Below, piece by piece: positions 29,045 through 38,817 of a stretch of 64,000 nucleotides of DNA (its first letter is position 1; the number at the start of each line of letters is the position of its first letter). The stretch is taken from positions 36,915-100,914 of the forward strand of contig JBAXAB010000001.1 in NCBI GenBank assembly GCA_037142735.1. The letters run 5' to 3'. The notes below the pieces were generated by a model. That model did no database searches, was not told the DNA's origin, and saw only the letters and a program-made list of their open reading frames with translations. This DNA comes from a bacterium (GTDB lineage Bacteria; Patescibacteriota; Minisyncoccia; Phycocordibacterales; CAIZLB01). A program made the translations under genes and the position numbers.

Positions 29045-29144
29045 GGTCGGTAGTTGTTTCTTCAGTGGTTGGAGTTAGTGGTGGTAGGAAGCAGGTACTG
29101 TTTCCCGACCAAAACTATACCACAATATAGGAAATGTGGAAAGT

Positions 29145-29600
29145 CTAGCTAAACAACCCTTCAACCACAGCCTTTACATCAGACCCATCCGCTTTACCCT
29201 TTAATTCGGTCATAACTGCCTTCATAAGCAATCCTTGCTTGGATTTATCATCAATACCTAATTCTGCCTTTTTCGCCTCTACAACAGCTTTTATATCGTC
29301 ACGAGACATCATCTGAGGCAAGAACTTTTCTAATACTAACAATTCCGCTTGTTCACTTTCTGCAAGATCAGGTCTGCCACCAGAAGTGAATTGTTCAATG
29401 GAATCTTTTCTCTGTTTTACATTTCGACGAATAACTGCCAATACTTCTTCATCATTTAAAAAGTCTTGCGGCTTTCTTTGTGTTGCCACAAGCTCGTTTG
29501 TGAAGGCACTTACCAAGCCTCGTAGTGTTGTCAGTCTGACGGCGTCCTTGGCCATCATGGCTTCTTTAATTTGTCCTTTGATTTCTTCGTGTAAGCTCAT
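29145..29600 (-). CDS. GatB/YqeY domain protein.
   Basis: YqeY-family signature across the whole 151 aa (LTTLRGLVSAF..LLVLEKFLPQ..). Confidence 0.88.
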   Translation of the reverse strand: MSLHEEIKGQIKEAMMAKDAVRLTTLRGLVSAFTNELVATQRKPQDFLNDEEVLAVIRRNVKQRKDSIEQFTSGGRPDLAESEQAELLVLEKFLPQMMSRDDIKAVVEAKKAELGIDDKSKQGLLMKAVMTELKGKADGSDVKAVVEGLFS

Positions 29601-29634
29601 ATAAATTTATATTAAGTTTGTTATACTATACCGT

Positions 29635-30744
29635 ATGACTAATACTGTGCTCATCATTCTAGCCTTAATCGTAATTATATTCAACGTAATTTTTGTGTTC
29701 TGGCAGAGTCGAAAAAAAGAGGGAGGAGTTGATGTGACCTCCATATTGACCCAATCAACAGCGCAATCAGCTGCTCAAAATGCCAGCCTTCAAATGCTCA
29801 CCCAGCAGTTAAATGAACTTTCACGTACTGTTGATGGAAAAATGGGGGACACATCTAGAATGGTTCAAGAATCTTTTCGTAACCAGGCGAATGAGTCTTT
29901 TAAAGTAATTAAGGATATCACCGAGCGTCTAACCAAATTAGACGAGACAAACAAACAAGTAGTCTCTTTTGCCGATCAACTGCAATCTTTACAGGATGTA
30001 TTGAAGAATCCAAAACAGAGAGGAATTCTTGGTGAATACTTTTTGGAGACGTTGTTAAAGAACGTTCTGCCTTCAGGTTCGTTCCAAATGCAATATCCAT
30101 TTAAAGATGGAACGATTGTGGACGCAGTGGTATTTGTGAAGGATAAAGTTATACCTATTGATTCCAAATTCAGTTTGGAAAATTATAATCGATTATCAGA
30201 AGAGCGGGATCCGGTCGAGCGTGAAAAATTAGAAAAGGCTTTTCGTAATGACCTTAAAAATCGCATTGATGAAACCAGCAAATATATCAAACCGGATGAA
30301 GGAACCATGGAATTCGCATTTATGTTCATCCCTCACGAAGCGATCTATTATGAACTGCTAATTGCTCAAATCGGATCAGTTAAAGTAAACACCCGAGACC
30401 TCATCGAATACGCCTTTAAGGAAAAACATGTGTGCATTGTGTCACCAACCTCATTCTTAGCATTCCTGCAGACAGTTCTACAGGGATTAAAAGCTCTCCA
30501 AATTGAAGAATCCGCAAAAGACATCAGAAAGCGAGTAGGGGAATTGGGCAAGCATTTGTCGGCGTATGATCAGTATATGAAATCTTTAGGTAAGTCTCTT
30601 GGAACTTCTGTTAGTCATTACAACAAGGCTGACCTTGAACTAAGGAAGATTGATAAGGATGTTTTTCGCATCACCGAAAAGGAAGTATCCATTGGGATTG
30701 AGCCACTTATTCTAGAAAAGCCGAATGAGGATGAGGAAGTTTAA
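29635..30744 (+). CDS. rmuC: DNA recombination protein RmuC.
   Basis: N-terminal TM, long coiled coil, C-terminal RmuC nuclease-like domain (VDAVVFVKDKVIPIDSKFSL..FAFMFIPHEAIYYEL). Confidence 0.88.
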   Translation: MTNTVLIILALIVIIFNVIFVFWQSRKKEGGVDVTSILTQSTAQSAAQNASLQMLTQQLNELSRTVDGKMGDTSRMVQESFRNQANESFKVIKDITERLTKLDETNKQVVSFADQLQSLQDVLKNPKQRGILGEYFLETLLKNVLPSGSFQMQYPFKDGTIVDAVVFVKDKVIPIDSKFSLENYNRLSEERDPVEREKLEKAFRNDLKNRIDETSKYIKPDEGTMEFAFMFIPHEAIYYELLIAQIGSVKVNTRDLIEYAFKEKHVCIVSPTSFLAFLQTVLQGLKALQIEESAKDIRKRVGELGKHLSAYDQYMKSLGKSLGTSVSHYNKADLELRKIDKDVFRITEKEVSIGIEPLILEKPNEDEEV

Positions 30745-30755
30745 ATTTTAGAGAT

Positions 30756-31643
30756 ATGTTCGAAATACAGAAAATCCAACCTGAAGAATCCCACGCGGTC
30801 ATTGATTCTTTTTTAAAATCTAGAAAATTTGTACCTATTTTCTTTTATTCTCCGTATACCATTAACACCTGGCTCAATCATCAGAACAAATCGCTTTATG
30901 TTGCGACCTTAGATCATGAGCGTGTATTCATGATTCATAAGGAAGTGACAAATGAGGTAAGGTTTCTTTTTTCTGAACCTTCTGATCAAATGTGTACAGA
31001 AATTAAGGCTCATTTCAAGCCTCAATTTATTTCAGCCAATGAATTAGGTGAGGCCTCTCATCCTGTAGAGTTATACACGTCCTATAATGAACTCATGATT
31101 GATGTCACAAAGGTTGCCAATTTAGAAGACCCTGAAGTATCCAAAGATTACAAAAAATGTCAGCTTCGGCATCCAGATTTAAAAGTGGTCAAATACACTG
31201 TAAACGAAATGGAATCCATAAAAACCTTTTTAAATGAGTGGTCACACACAAGAAGTGCAGAAATGAACAAGCGTGCCAAAATCGAGAACGATCTGCGCTT
31301 TTTTAGTTTGTATATGAATGCACTGGAGCTAAAAGGACTTTTAATTAAAGATGCAGACAAAGTCATTGCAATTAGTTTTTTTATTCCTAGTCTTGATGGA
31401 AAAGTGATTGGGGTTATTAATAAATGTTTAAGAGGCTATACACAATTGGGTGTTTACACTTTTGTTGAAAGAGCGAAAATGATGCTAAGCCTCGGTTATA
31501 CCGAAGCCTATATTGGAGCGATAAATAATGACTTTAAAAAGAGATTTATTAATAGTGCCGTTATACACAAAACTCTTGCTAGGGAGATATTTAGAAGCCC
31601 AGAATTTGTGACCTCTGGGCCTTATATCTTGAGGCTCTTTTAG
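30756..31643 (+). CDS. Hypothetical protein (295 aa).
   Basis: No confident motif. Weak resemblance to the DUF2156/GNAT-like fold only. Confidence 0.6.
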   Translation: MFEIQKIQPEESHAVIDSFLKSRKFVPIFFYSPYTINTWLNHQNKSLYVATLDHERVFMIHKEVTNEVRFLFSEPSDQMCTEIKAHFKPQFISANELGEASHPVELYTSYNELMIDVTKVANLEDPEVSKDYKKCQLRHPDLKVVKYTVNEMESIKTFLNEWSHTRSAEMNKRAKIENDLRFFSLYMNALELKGLLIKDADKVIAISFFIPSLDGKVIGVINKCLRGYTQLGVYTFVERAKMMLSLGYTEAYIGAINNDFKKRFINSAVIHKTLAREIFRSPEFVTSGPYILRLF

Positions 31644-31647
31644 CTCT

Positions 31648-31692
31648 ATGCAAAAGGAAAGCCGCCGCTCGGTTGAAAACCAAGCGGCGGCG
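31648..31692 (-). terminator. Intrinsic terminator of the island 4 gene.
   Basis: Minus strand GCCGCCGCU..AGCGGCGGC (9-bp stem) followed by UUUCCUUUUGC. Confidence 0.75.
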
Positions 31693-31712
31693 GTGCCTAC
31701 CAAGGATGAGGC

Positions 31713-31925
31713 CTATTTTTTGGCCACCTTCGGCTGCTCGAACGCGAGCTCGAAGAAGTTTGTTAGGACTTCCTTTTGTCTCTTGTTCAATTGGACTTCG
31801 CCCTCCTTGTCGAGAACTTCCCGCAGCAAACGAAGACTGGCTCTTAGCTCTGTTGCTTTGGGGTGAGTTTTCGGGACGACGAGTGTCTTGCAAAAGGTTC
31901 TGACCGAGCGATCTTTGTCTGCCAT
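31713..31925 (-). CDS. Small protein (70 aa, MADKDRSVRTFCKTLVVPKTHPKATELRASLRLLREVLDKEGEVQLNKRQKEVLTNFFELAFEQPKVAKK) in GC-rich island 4.
   Basis: ATG directly after the A/C-rich leader gcacaaaattcaccacaaccaaaacccactcaccacc. Own promoter and terminator. The GTG at 31979 lies inside the promoter -10. Confidence 0.6.
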   Translation of the reverse strand: MADKDRSVRTFCKTLVVPKTHPKATELRASLRLLREVLDKEGEVQLNKRQKEVLTNFFELAFEQPKVAKK

Positions 31926-31969
31926 GGTGGTGAGTGGGTTTTGGTTGTGGTGAATTTTGTGCCAGTAAC

Positions 31970-31999
31970 ATTTTAACACGAATAAGCTTATACTGTCAA
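31970..31999 (-). promoter_or_regulatory. Sigma70-like promoter (TTGACA-N18-TAAAAT) for island 4.
   Basis: Minus strand TTGACAgtataagcttattcgtgtTAAAATgttactg. Confidence 0.55.
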
Positions 32000-32072
32000 A
32001 TCATCCTCGTGCAGGAAAATCTATACGCTCCTCTTGTCTTTTAACATCTTTTATCATATACTGTCTCACACT

Positions 32073-32468
32073 ATGGCAACTGAAAAAACAATCGTAAAGA
32101 AAGCCCCTAAGGCAAAAAAGGCAACAACAACTGCTCCTGAAAATAATGGTGCTTTTGCAATTATCATGACTGGTGGCAAGCAATACCGAGTATCCGAAGG
32201 AACTACACTTAAAATTGAAAAGATTAAAGGTGAACACAAGGTAGGCGATAAACTTACTTTTGATCAGGTTCTTATGACAGGAAATGGTACTGAAACTACT
32301 CTTGGAAATCCAACAGTGAAGGGTGTTTCTGTTACTGCTGAACTTGTTGAGATCGGACGAAACGCAAAGGTAATCATTTATAAATACAAAAACAAGAGCC
32401 GTTCAGGGACTTCAAGAAAGGGTCACCGACAGCCACATTTTAAGGTAAAGATTTCTTCAATCAAGTAA
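32073..32468 (+). CDS. rplU: 50S ribosomal protein L21 with a Lys/Ala-rich N-terminal extension.
   Basis: FAIIMTGGKQYRVSEG..GDKLTFDQVLM..KGHRQPHFKVKI. Start taken at MATEKT. Confidence 0.9.
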   Translation: MATEKTIVKKAPKAKKATTTAPENNGAFAIIMTGGKQYRVSEGTTLKIEKIKGEHKVGDKLTFDQVLMTGNGTETTLGNPTVKGVSVTAELVEIGRNAKVIIYKYKNKSRSGTSRKGHRQPHFKVKISSIK

Positions 32469-32472
32469 TCTA

Positions 32473-32499
32473 AAAAAAACCCCGAAAGGGGATTTTTTG
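32473..32499. terminator. Bidirectional intrinsic terminator (rplU / recR).
   Basis: AAAAAACCCCgaaaGGGGAUUUUUUG. Confidence 0.8.
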
Positions 32500-32534
32500 T
32501 TTCTGGGCATTTCTAGCAGCTTCTTACTCTGAAC

Positions 32535-33158
32535 CTATCGTCTATTCATCATTGCGCTCTTAATAGTATCCGCATCAGAATATTCCAATTCTGTTCCTGT
32601 TGAAAGTCCACGTCCCAAGGTTGTTACCCTAACTCCATCACCTAATTGTTTCTTTAAAAGTCCTTGAACATAATAAAAAGTGTTCTCACCTTCAGGATTG
32701 GCGCTAGTCGCGATAATTACTTCTTTAAGGCCTGATGAGGTGCTTGAAAGAGATTTCGTGCGTTCTAATAACTGCTCTTGTCTAATGAACGTTGACGGCT
32801 TCTCTTCGAGAATCGGCACATTTCCTCCAAGTACAAAATACAAACCATTAAATGCTCTAGATTTCTCCATATTATCTAAATCAACATCTCGAGCGACAAT
32901 CATCAAAATATTTTGTTCTCTGTTACCATCAACACAGATCTGACAAACATTTGGGATATCCAATTGTTTAACTGAGAAAAATCTTTGACACAATTTACAC
33001 TGTGCCACATCATTGTTTAGTTTTTTAATATTCTCAACTATTTCTTCTACGGTATTGTCGTTTCTTGAAAGCAGGTGATAGACAAATCGTCGGGCTTGGC
33101 GTGGGCCAACTCCGGGAAACTTTCTAAATATTTCAGTTAGTTTGTCGATACTGGACAT
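32535..33158 (-). CDS. recR: Recombination protein RecR.
   Basis: HhH (FPGVGPRQARRFVYHLL), C4 zinc finger (CKLCQRF..CQIC), Toprim domain. Confidence 0.95.
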   Translation of the reverse strand: MSSIDKLTEIFRKFPGVGPRQARRFVYHLLSRNDNTVEEIVENIKKLNNDVAQCKLCQRFFSVKQLDIPNVCQICVDGNREQNILMIVARDVDLDNMEKSRAFNGLYFVLGGNVPILEEKPSTFIRQEQLLERTKSLSSTSSGLKEVIIATSANPEGENTFYYVQGLLKKQLGDGVRVTTLGRGLSTGTELEYSDADTIKSAMMNRR

Positions 33159-33221
33159 ACACGTATTAAGTAATTATCACGTCGCGCTTTAATGGACGGT
33201 GCGCGACGTGATTTCGTAAAA

Positions 33222-34682
33222 TCACATTCCTGGCTCCATACCCATGTGTTCGCTAAAATCACCAAAGTCTTTCTTTTCGACACTTTGGAAGCTGGTAATT
33301 TTATTGTTGAAGTACAACTGTAGACTTCCAGTTGGACCATTTCTATGTTTTTCAATCAAAATTTCAGTCACATTCGGAGCAGAGCCTGGTTCATCCTTGT
33401 ATTTATCCTCACGGTGAATGAACATAACCAAATCGGCGTCCTGTTCAATTGAACCTGAATCTCGAAGGTCAGATAGACGAGGTTTACCTCCACGCTGTTC
33501 TACGGCACGGGATAGCTGAGAAAGGGCAATAACCGGCACCTCTAATTCACGAGCGAGATGTTTTAAAGATCTTGAAATCTCGGTAATCTGCTGAACCACG
33601 TTATCACTTTTAACAGACTGAGTAGGGGCCATGAGTTGCAAGTAGTCTACGATAATAAGTCCAAGACCTTTTTCACTCTTTAAACGTCGGGCCACGCTTC
33701 GCATCTTCAAAATATTATTTCCAGGAGTGTCTTCTATGTAAATTGGTGCTTTTGAAAGACGAGCCATAGCTTCACCAATTTGTGCAAAGTCTTCTTCACG
33801 AGAAAGTTTACCTGTGCGCATTTTCCATGAATCCACCATTGATTCAGCCGAAAGCATACGATTGATCAATTGGGCGGCACTCATTTCAAGCGAGAATATT
33901 CCAACGGGAATATTGTATTTAACCGCAGCATTACGAGCAATGTCCAAAGCGAAAGCTGTTTTACCCACTGATGGTCGCGCGGCAAGAATAATGAGATCAG
34001 ATTTTTGAAAACCAGCTGTTTTTAAGTCTAACTCTGGGAAACCACTCATAACACCTTGCCCAGCCTCACCACCAGAGTTGTGAATTTTATCAATTTGTTC
34101 CCACACACCCTTAAGCACATCTTTTACATCACGGAATTTTGTTGCACTCGTTTTATTTGTCACTTCAAAAATCCTTTTTTCCGCCTGATCGAGTAGTTCG
34201 TCTAGGTGTCCTGCTTCTTCGTAACCGATATGAGCAACATGGTCAGAGGCTAAAATCAAATTACGCATATATGATTTTTTCTGAATAATTTCAGCATAGT
34301 GTTCGAGGTTAGTAGCCGAAGGAACCACATGAACCAATTCAGCAAGGTATGAAGCACCTCCAACCTGATCTAGTATTTGCTTTTCCTGAAGAAGGTTTTT
34401 AACTGCCACCAAATCCATTGGACTGTGAGTATTAAAAAGATCATTCATGACACGGAAAATCAGGCGATGTTTTTCACTATAAAAAGTATCTTCATTGATA
34501 ATGTCCAGAATATCTGAGAAGGCTTGATTGCGAATCATCAAAGATCCTAGAACTGCTTTTTCTGCTTCAAGATTATGAGGGGGGACACGTAAACTATTAG
34601 CACCGACGAAACCAGACTCGATCGAAGTATATGGGGTTTTATATAACCCACGAGATTGTGTACGTTGAGCCATGGTGTACAT
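33222..34682 (-). CDS. dnaB: Replicative DNA helicase DnaB.
   Basis: Walker A ARPSVGKTAFALDIARNAA, DnaB N-terminal domain, Walker B IVDYLQLM. Confidence 0.95.
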   Translation of the reverse strand: MYTMAQRTQSRGLYKTPYTSIESGFVGANSLRVPPHNLEAEKAVLGSLMIRNQAFSDILDIINEDTFYSEKHRLIFRVMNDLFNTHSPMDLVAVKNLLQEKQILDQVGGASYLAELVHVVPSATNLEHYAEIIQKKSYMRNLILASDHVAHIGYEEAGHLDELLDQAEKRIFEVTNKTSATKFRDVKDVLKGVWEQIDKIHNSGGEAGQGVMSGFPELDLKTAGFQKSDLIILAARPSVGKTAFALDIARNAAVKYNIPVGIFSLEMSAAQLINRMLSAESMVDSWKMRTGKLSREEDFAQIGEAMARLSKAPIYIEDTPGNNILKMRSVARRLKSEKGLGLIIVDYLQLMAPTQSVKSDNVVQQITEISRSLKHLARELEVPVIALSQLSRAVEQRGGKPRLSDLRDSGSIEQDADLVMFIHREDKYKDEPGSAPNVTEILIEKHRNGPTGSLQLYFNNKITSFQSVEKKDFGDFSEHMGMEPGM

Positions 34683-34812
34683 TTTACACCTGAATGTAAG
34701 ATAAAGAAAATATCAAAAAACCATCAAAATGTTCACAAGCTGTTAATAGCAACTGAACAAGTTTTCACCTTACAAAAACTATCCCAAAATAGGTTGGAAA
34801 CAAAAGAAAATC

Positions 34813-35388
34813 TTATGATTTGAGATGAATACGGGTGATTCTCTCTTTCAAGAAAGAGAAGAGTTTAATTGAGAAGAACAGCGCTACACAATAGAGAATA
34901 ATAAATGACAACGGGGTAGGCACATTTCGGACACTAGCCAAATATTCATAACTTGTAGCGAGCACAGCACTCACCCACGTGATTGTCGAGACAATCACGG
35001 TGTTAATTAGAGAATCACTGTGATAAATAAAACTATCAGACAAATGCACATTATGTTTTTGATGACGCAAAAGGGTAGGGAGATGAATTTTACGAAGGGT
35101 AAGAGCAGAAAGAAAGATAATAGAGAGAAGAAGAAGTTTCACTAACCAATATGAGAAAGAAGAATCTGATGACTGCATCACTTCGAAAGAAATAATACTG
35201 ACATCTGTCACAAGGGCAATGACTACTGACACAATGGCCGAAAGATTAAGTCTAAAAATCATTTTGACGTCACGTGCCGACAAAATTCTAGTCTTAGCCG
35301 AGGTGACAAAAAATAAATCTATAATAAATGCAGAGCCGGCCCCAAGAGCGAGTGCTGCGAAGTGAATTGAAAATAAAATAATACTCAT
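34813..35388 (-). CDS. Hypothetical polytopic membrane protein (191 aa).
   Basis: 5-6 predicted TM helices, no motif. Confidence 0.65.
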   Translation of the reverse strand: MSIILFSIHFAALALGAGSAFIIDLFFVTSAKTRILSARDVKMIFRLNLSAIVSVVIALVTDVSIISFEVMQSSDSSFSYWLVKLLLLSIIFLSALTLRKIHLPTLLRHQKHNVHLSDSFIYHSDSLINTVIVSTITWVSAVLATSYEYLASVRNVPTPLSFIILYCVALFFSIKLFSFLKERITRIHLKS

Positions 35389-35422
35389 ATGATAATTTTG
35401 TTAAGTGCTCTGTATGTAGATA

Positions 35423-36841
35423 TTATACCTCTAATTTTTTAATTCGGGTACCCTCTGGGGTGTCGAAAACTTCATATCCTTTATTTGTGAGAAAATCACG
35501 TAACTCGTCTGATTTTTTCCATTCCTTATTTTGACGTGCCAAATCTCTTTGTTCAATAATCTTTTTAATATCATCTGAGATAGTATTCTGGAAATCATCT
35601 TCTGATTTAATATTATTTTCAATTTCAATATTTAGATTAAGACCCAACACTTCATCGAACTTAAGTAATGTAGAAATATTTATGCTGTTTGATTTAATTA
35701 GACCCCATACATATGAGACGGCGCCTGGCATGTTCAAATTATCATTCACAATGTCAGTGAATTCAGCGAGTTGCGACTGATCAATAATTTCTGCTGCATT
35801 ACTGTTTGCTTTCATAAGAACGCCTTGTTGGACCAATCTCTGTCGTGCCTGTTTGGCAGCATCTAATGATTCGTAACTAAAATTAAGGGAGGTAGACCAG
35901 TGTGCTGTTAACAGCAAATATCGATAATCAAGAGGGGAGTAGCCTTTTTCGATTAGGTCTTTGAGGCTGATGCCACCTGTGGATTTTGCCATTTTAGCAT
36001 CTTTTAGATTCAAAAAAGCACCATGAAGCCAATAGTGCGCAAAGGCCTTGCCAGTGGCATTTTCAGACTGAGCAATCTCATTATTATGATGTGTAGAAAT
36101 AAGATCTATTCCACCAGTGTGGATATCAAATGTTTCTCCCAAATATTTCATAGACATAGCAGAACATTCAATGTGCCATCCTGGAAAACCTTTTCCCCAG
36201 GGCGCTTCGTATCCCAATTCTGGATTGAACTTCCATAAAGCAAAATCTCGTGGATCTTTTTTTTCTGGGTTTGTCGCAAGTCGACTTTGTAATTCTTTCT
36301 CATCAATAATCGCCACTCCTCCTAATTTTCCATATTCTGGATATTTAATGGTATCGAAGTACAGGCCGTCACTTGTTGCGTATGTCAGTCCTTTCTGTGA
36401 AAGGGTAGCAATTAAATCCATGTCTTCTTGTATGTGATCACTGGCCATAGGCAGTACATGCGGAGTCATGATGTTAAGACCAACTAAATCATTTTTAAAA
36501 GCTTCTGTATAAAACAACGCAATATCCTTCATGTTTTTCAGATTCAGTTCTTTTCCTTCTCTTCTTAAGGCTTTGGTCATTTTGTCATCACCACTATCAG
36601 CATCCGAAATCAGGTGGCCAATATCAGTGACGTTCATAACTTGCTTCACTTTGTATCCATTAAATTGAAAAACTCTTCTTAATAAATCTCCCAACATAAA
36701 TGACCTTAGATTTCCAATCTGCAAATAGTCATACACCGTCGGACCACAATGATACATTGTCACTTCATTCTCCTTAATAGGGGTAAAAACTCTTTTTTCT
36801 TTGTGGAGCGTATCGAAAAGGTATATCGGCTTTGCTGTCAT
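35423..36841 (-). CDS. cysS: Cysteine--tRNA ligase.
   Basis: MYHCGPTVYDYLQIGNLR (HIGH region), KMAKSTGG (KMSKS), Cys zinc ligands. Confidence 0.95.
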   Translation of the reverse strand: MTAKPIYLFDTLHKEKRVFTPIKENEVTMYHCGPTVYDYLQIGNLRSFMLGDLLRRVFQFNGYKVKQVMNVTDIGHLISDADSGDDKMTKALRREGKELNLKNMKDIALFYTEAFKNDLVGLNIMTPHVLPMASDHIQEDMDLIATLSQKGLTYATSDGLYFDTIKYPEYGKLGGVAIIDEKELQSRLATNPEKKDPRDFALWKFNPELGYEAPWGKGFPGWHIECSAMSMKYLGETFDIHTGGIDLISTHHNNEIAQSENATGKAFAHYWLHGAFLNLKDAKMAKSTGGISLKDLIEKGYSPLDYRYLLLTAHWSTSLNFSYESLDAAKQARQRLVQQGVLMKANSNAAEIIDQSQLAEFTDIVNDNLNMPGAVSYVWGLIKSNSINISTLLKFDEVLGLNLNIEIENNIKSEDDFQNTISDDIKKIIEQRDLARQNKEWKKSDELRDFLTNKGYEVFDTPEGTRIKKLEV

Positions 36842-36919
36842 TGTTTTACGAAATTATTAACTGGCATTATACAACCATTTATGAGATACTGCTAACATAA
36901 TTTTTAACAAATAAACCTC

Positions 36920-38197
36920 ATGAATTCTGAATCAGAAACAAACAACGTGGCACATCCTCAACATCCAATTAAAAAAATAGTAGCTATCTTTGTTTTGATT
37001 GCAATGTTTAGTATTGGTTTCGTCACAGGCAAATCAAACGATGTTGAAGCCCGACAATTCAGCGGTAATTCTGCTTCAACTAAGGTCTCTGATTTGGACT
37101 TTAGCCTATTCTGGAAAGTGTGGACTTTGGTAAATGAAAAATACGTACCGACCCATGTAGCGACCTCAACGGCTGGGATTGCCACTACTACAGTAGCTAC
37201 TAATCAGGACAGAATTTACGGAGCCATAAAAGGCATGGTTTCAGCTATGGGAGACCCATATACGACATTCTTTACACCTGAGGAAAATACATCGTTTAAG
37301 ACCCAAATAGACGGTAATTTCGAGGGTATAGGCATGGAAGTAGGCCAAAAAGATGGCATTTTAACGGTGATTGCTCCGATTGCAGGTTCTCCATCAGAAA
37401 GAGCGGGAATAAAGACTGGCGATAAAATCATCAAAATAAATGACACAATATCCTCAGATCTTTCAGTCGATCAAGCAGTTTCTCTAATTCGTGGAAAAAA
37501 AGGGACAAAGGTAATCTTAACTATTTTACGTGAAGGTTCTACAAAACCAATTGTGTATGAAATCACTCGTGACGTTATAAACTTACCGACTCTTGATGCA
37601 AACTACTCTACATCAACTGGAATCTACACAATCAGATTATATTCATTTAATGCAAATTCTCGGGATCTATTCAATAAGGAAATCGACAAATTCGCACTTA
37701 GTGGATCAAATAAATTAATTATTGACCTTCGCGGAAACCCTGGAGGCTTTCTTGACTCAGCAGTATCAATTGCAAGTAACTTCTTACCAGGAGGAGCAGT
37801 AGTGGTTCGTGAAAGCTATGGAACTAACAAGCCCGAAGACGTGATCCGCAGTGAGGGATATAATACTTTTGCAAATAAAAAGCTTCCAAAGATTGTCATC
37901 TTGATAGATGGGGGATCCGCTTCTGCCTCCGAGATTTTGGCAGGTGCCTTACATGAACAAGGAGTGGCAACATTGGTAGGAACTCAGTCTTTTGGAAAAG
38001 GATCAGTCCAGGAATTGGTTCAAGTCACTCCAGACACCTCTTTGAAGGTAACAGTGGCAAGATGGTTAACTCCACAGGGTAATTCAATCTCTCAGGTGGG
38101 CATAAAGCCTGACGTTGAGGTCAAAATCAGTGAAGATGACGTCAAAGCCCAGAAAGACCCCCAGCTGGCCAAGGCGGTTGAAATCCTGACCAAATAG
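36920..38197 (+). CDS. Carboxyl-terminal processing protease (S41 family, CtpA-like) with PDZ domain.
   Basis: PDZ (GIGMEVGQKDGILTVIAPIAGSPSERAGIKTGDKI), IIDLRGNPGG, catalytic GSASASEILAGAL. Confidence 0.9.
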   Translation: MNSESETNNVAHPQHPIKKIVAIFVLIAMFSIGFVTGKSNDVEARQFSGNSASTKVSDLDFSLFWKVWTLVNEKYVPTHVATSTAGIATTTVATNQDRIYGAIKGMVSAMGDPYTTFFTPEENTSFKTQIDGNFEGIGMEVGQKDGILTVIAPIAGSPSERAGIKTGDKIIKINDTISSDLSVDQAVSLIRGKKGTKVILTILREGSTKPIVYEITRDVINLPTLDANYSTSTGIYTIRLYSFNANSRDLFNKEIDKFALSGSNKLIIDLRGNPGGFLDSAVSIASNFLPGGAVVVRESYGTNKPEDVIRSEGYNTFANKKLPKIVILIDGGSASASEILAGALHEQGVATLVGTQSFGKGSVQELVQVTPDTSLKVTVARWLTPQGNSISQVGIKPDVEVKISEDDVKAQKDPQLAKAVEILTK

Positions 38198-38244
38198 TGC
38201 TAGTATTTCACGACTTATCAAATACATATAAATTATCCATACAC

Positions 38245-38688
38245 ATGAAAGTAATCTTACTTCGCGACGTGCCAAAGATTGGTCACAAATATCAGGTTAT
38301 GACAGTAGCTGACGGCTATGCTGGAAACTTCTTGTTTCCAAACAAATTGGCAGAACAGGCTACTCAATCAGCTCTTGTTCGAGTCGAAAAATTAATGGCT
38401 GAGGAAAAAGCTCAGAAATCTATTCGTGAAGACCTCCTTATTAAAAACCTTAAGGCTATTAATGGTGTAACTATCGAAATCACTGAAAAGGCGAACGCGA
38501 AGGGTCACTTGTTCGCTGGGGTACACAAGGACCTTTTGATTCCTGCTCTAAAGGAACAGACTCGATTGGATATCGATGCGGAACACATTGTTTTGGATAA
38601 ACCATTGAAAGAAGTAGGCGAACACAAGGTGACTATTAAAGTTCAGGATAAAACAGCAGAGTTTACGGTAAATATTCTAGCGGCGTAA
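38245..38688 (+). CDS. rplI: 50S ribosomal protein L9.
   Basis: MKVILLRDVPKIGHKYQVMTVADGYAGNFLFP. Start taken at the ATG at 38245. Confidence 0.9.
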   Translation: MKVILLRDVPKIGHKYQVMTVADGYAGNFLFPNKLAEQATQSALVRVEKLMAEEKAQKSIREDLLIKNLKAINGVTIEITEKANAKGHLFAGVHKDLLIPALKEQTRLDIDAEHIVLDKPLKEVGEHKVTIKVQDKTAEFTVNILAA

Positions 38689-38702
38689 AGATTTATATAG
38701 AT

Positions 38703-38737
38703 AAAAACCTCTCACATCTTGAGAGGTTTTTATTTTG
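38703..38737. terminator. Bidirectional intrinsic terminator after rplI.
   Basis: AAAAACCUCUCAcaucuuGAGAGGUUUUUAUUUU. Confidence 0.8.
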
Positions 38738-38744
38738 AAGCAAA

Positions 38745-38783
38745 TCAAAACCCCGGCGGTTCCTTTGGACCGCGCGGGGCGTG
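38745..38783 (-). terminator. Intrinsic terminator for the island 5 operon.
   Basis: Minus strand CCCCGCGCGG..CCGCCGGGG (bulged 9-bp stem) followed by UUUUGAUUUG. Confidence 0.55.
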
Positions 38784-38817
38784 AATTGTTTCGTTTAGTG
38801 GGATTCAGGGTTGGGAA

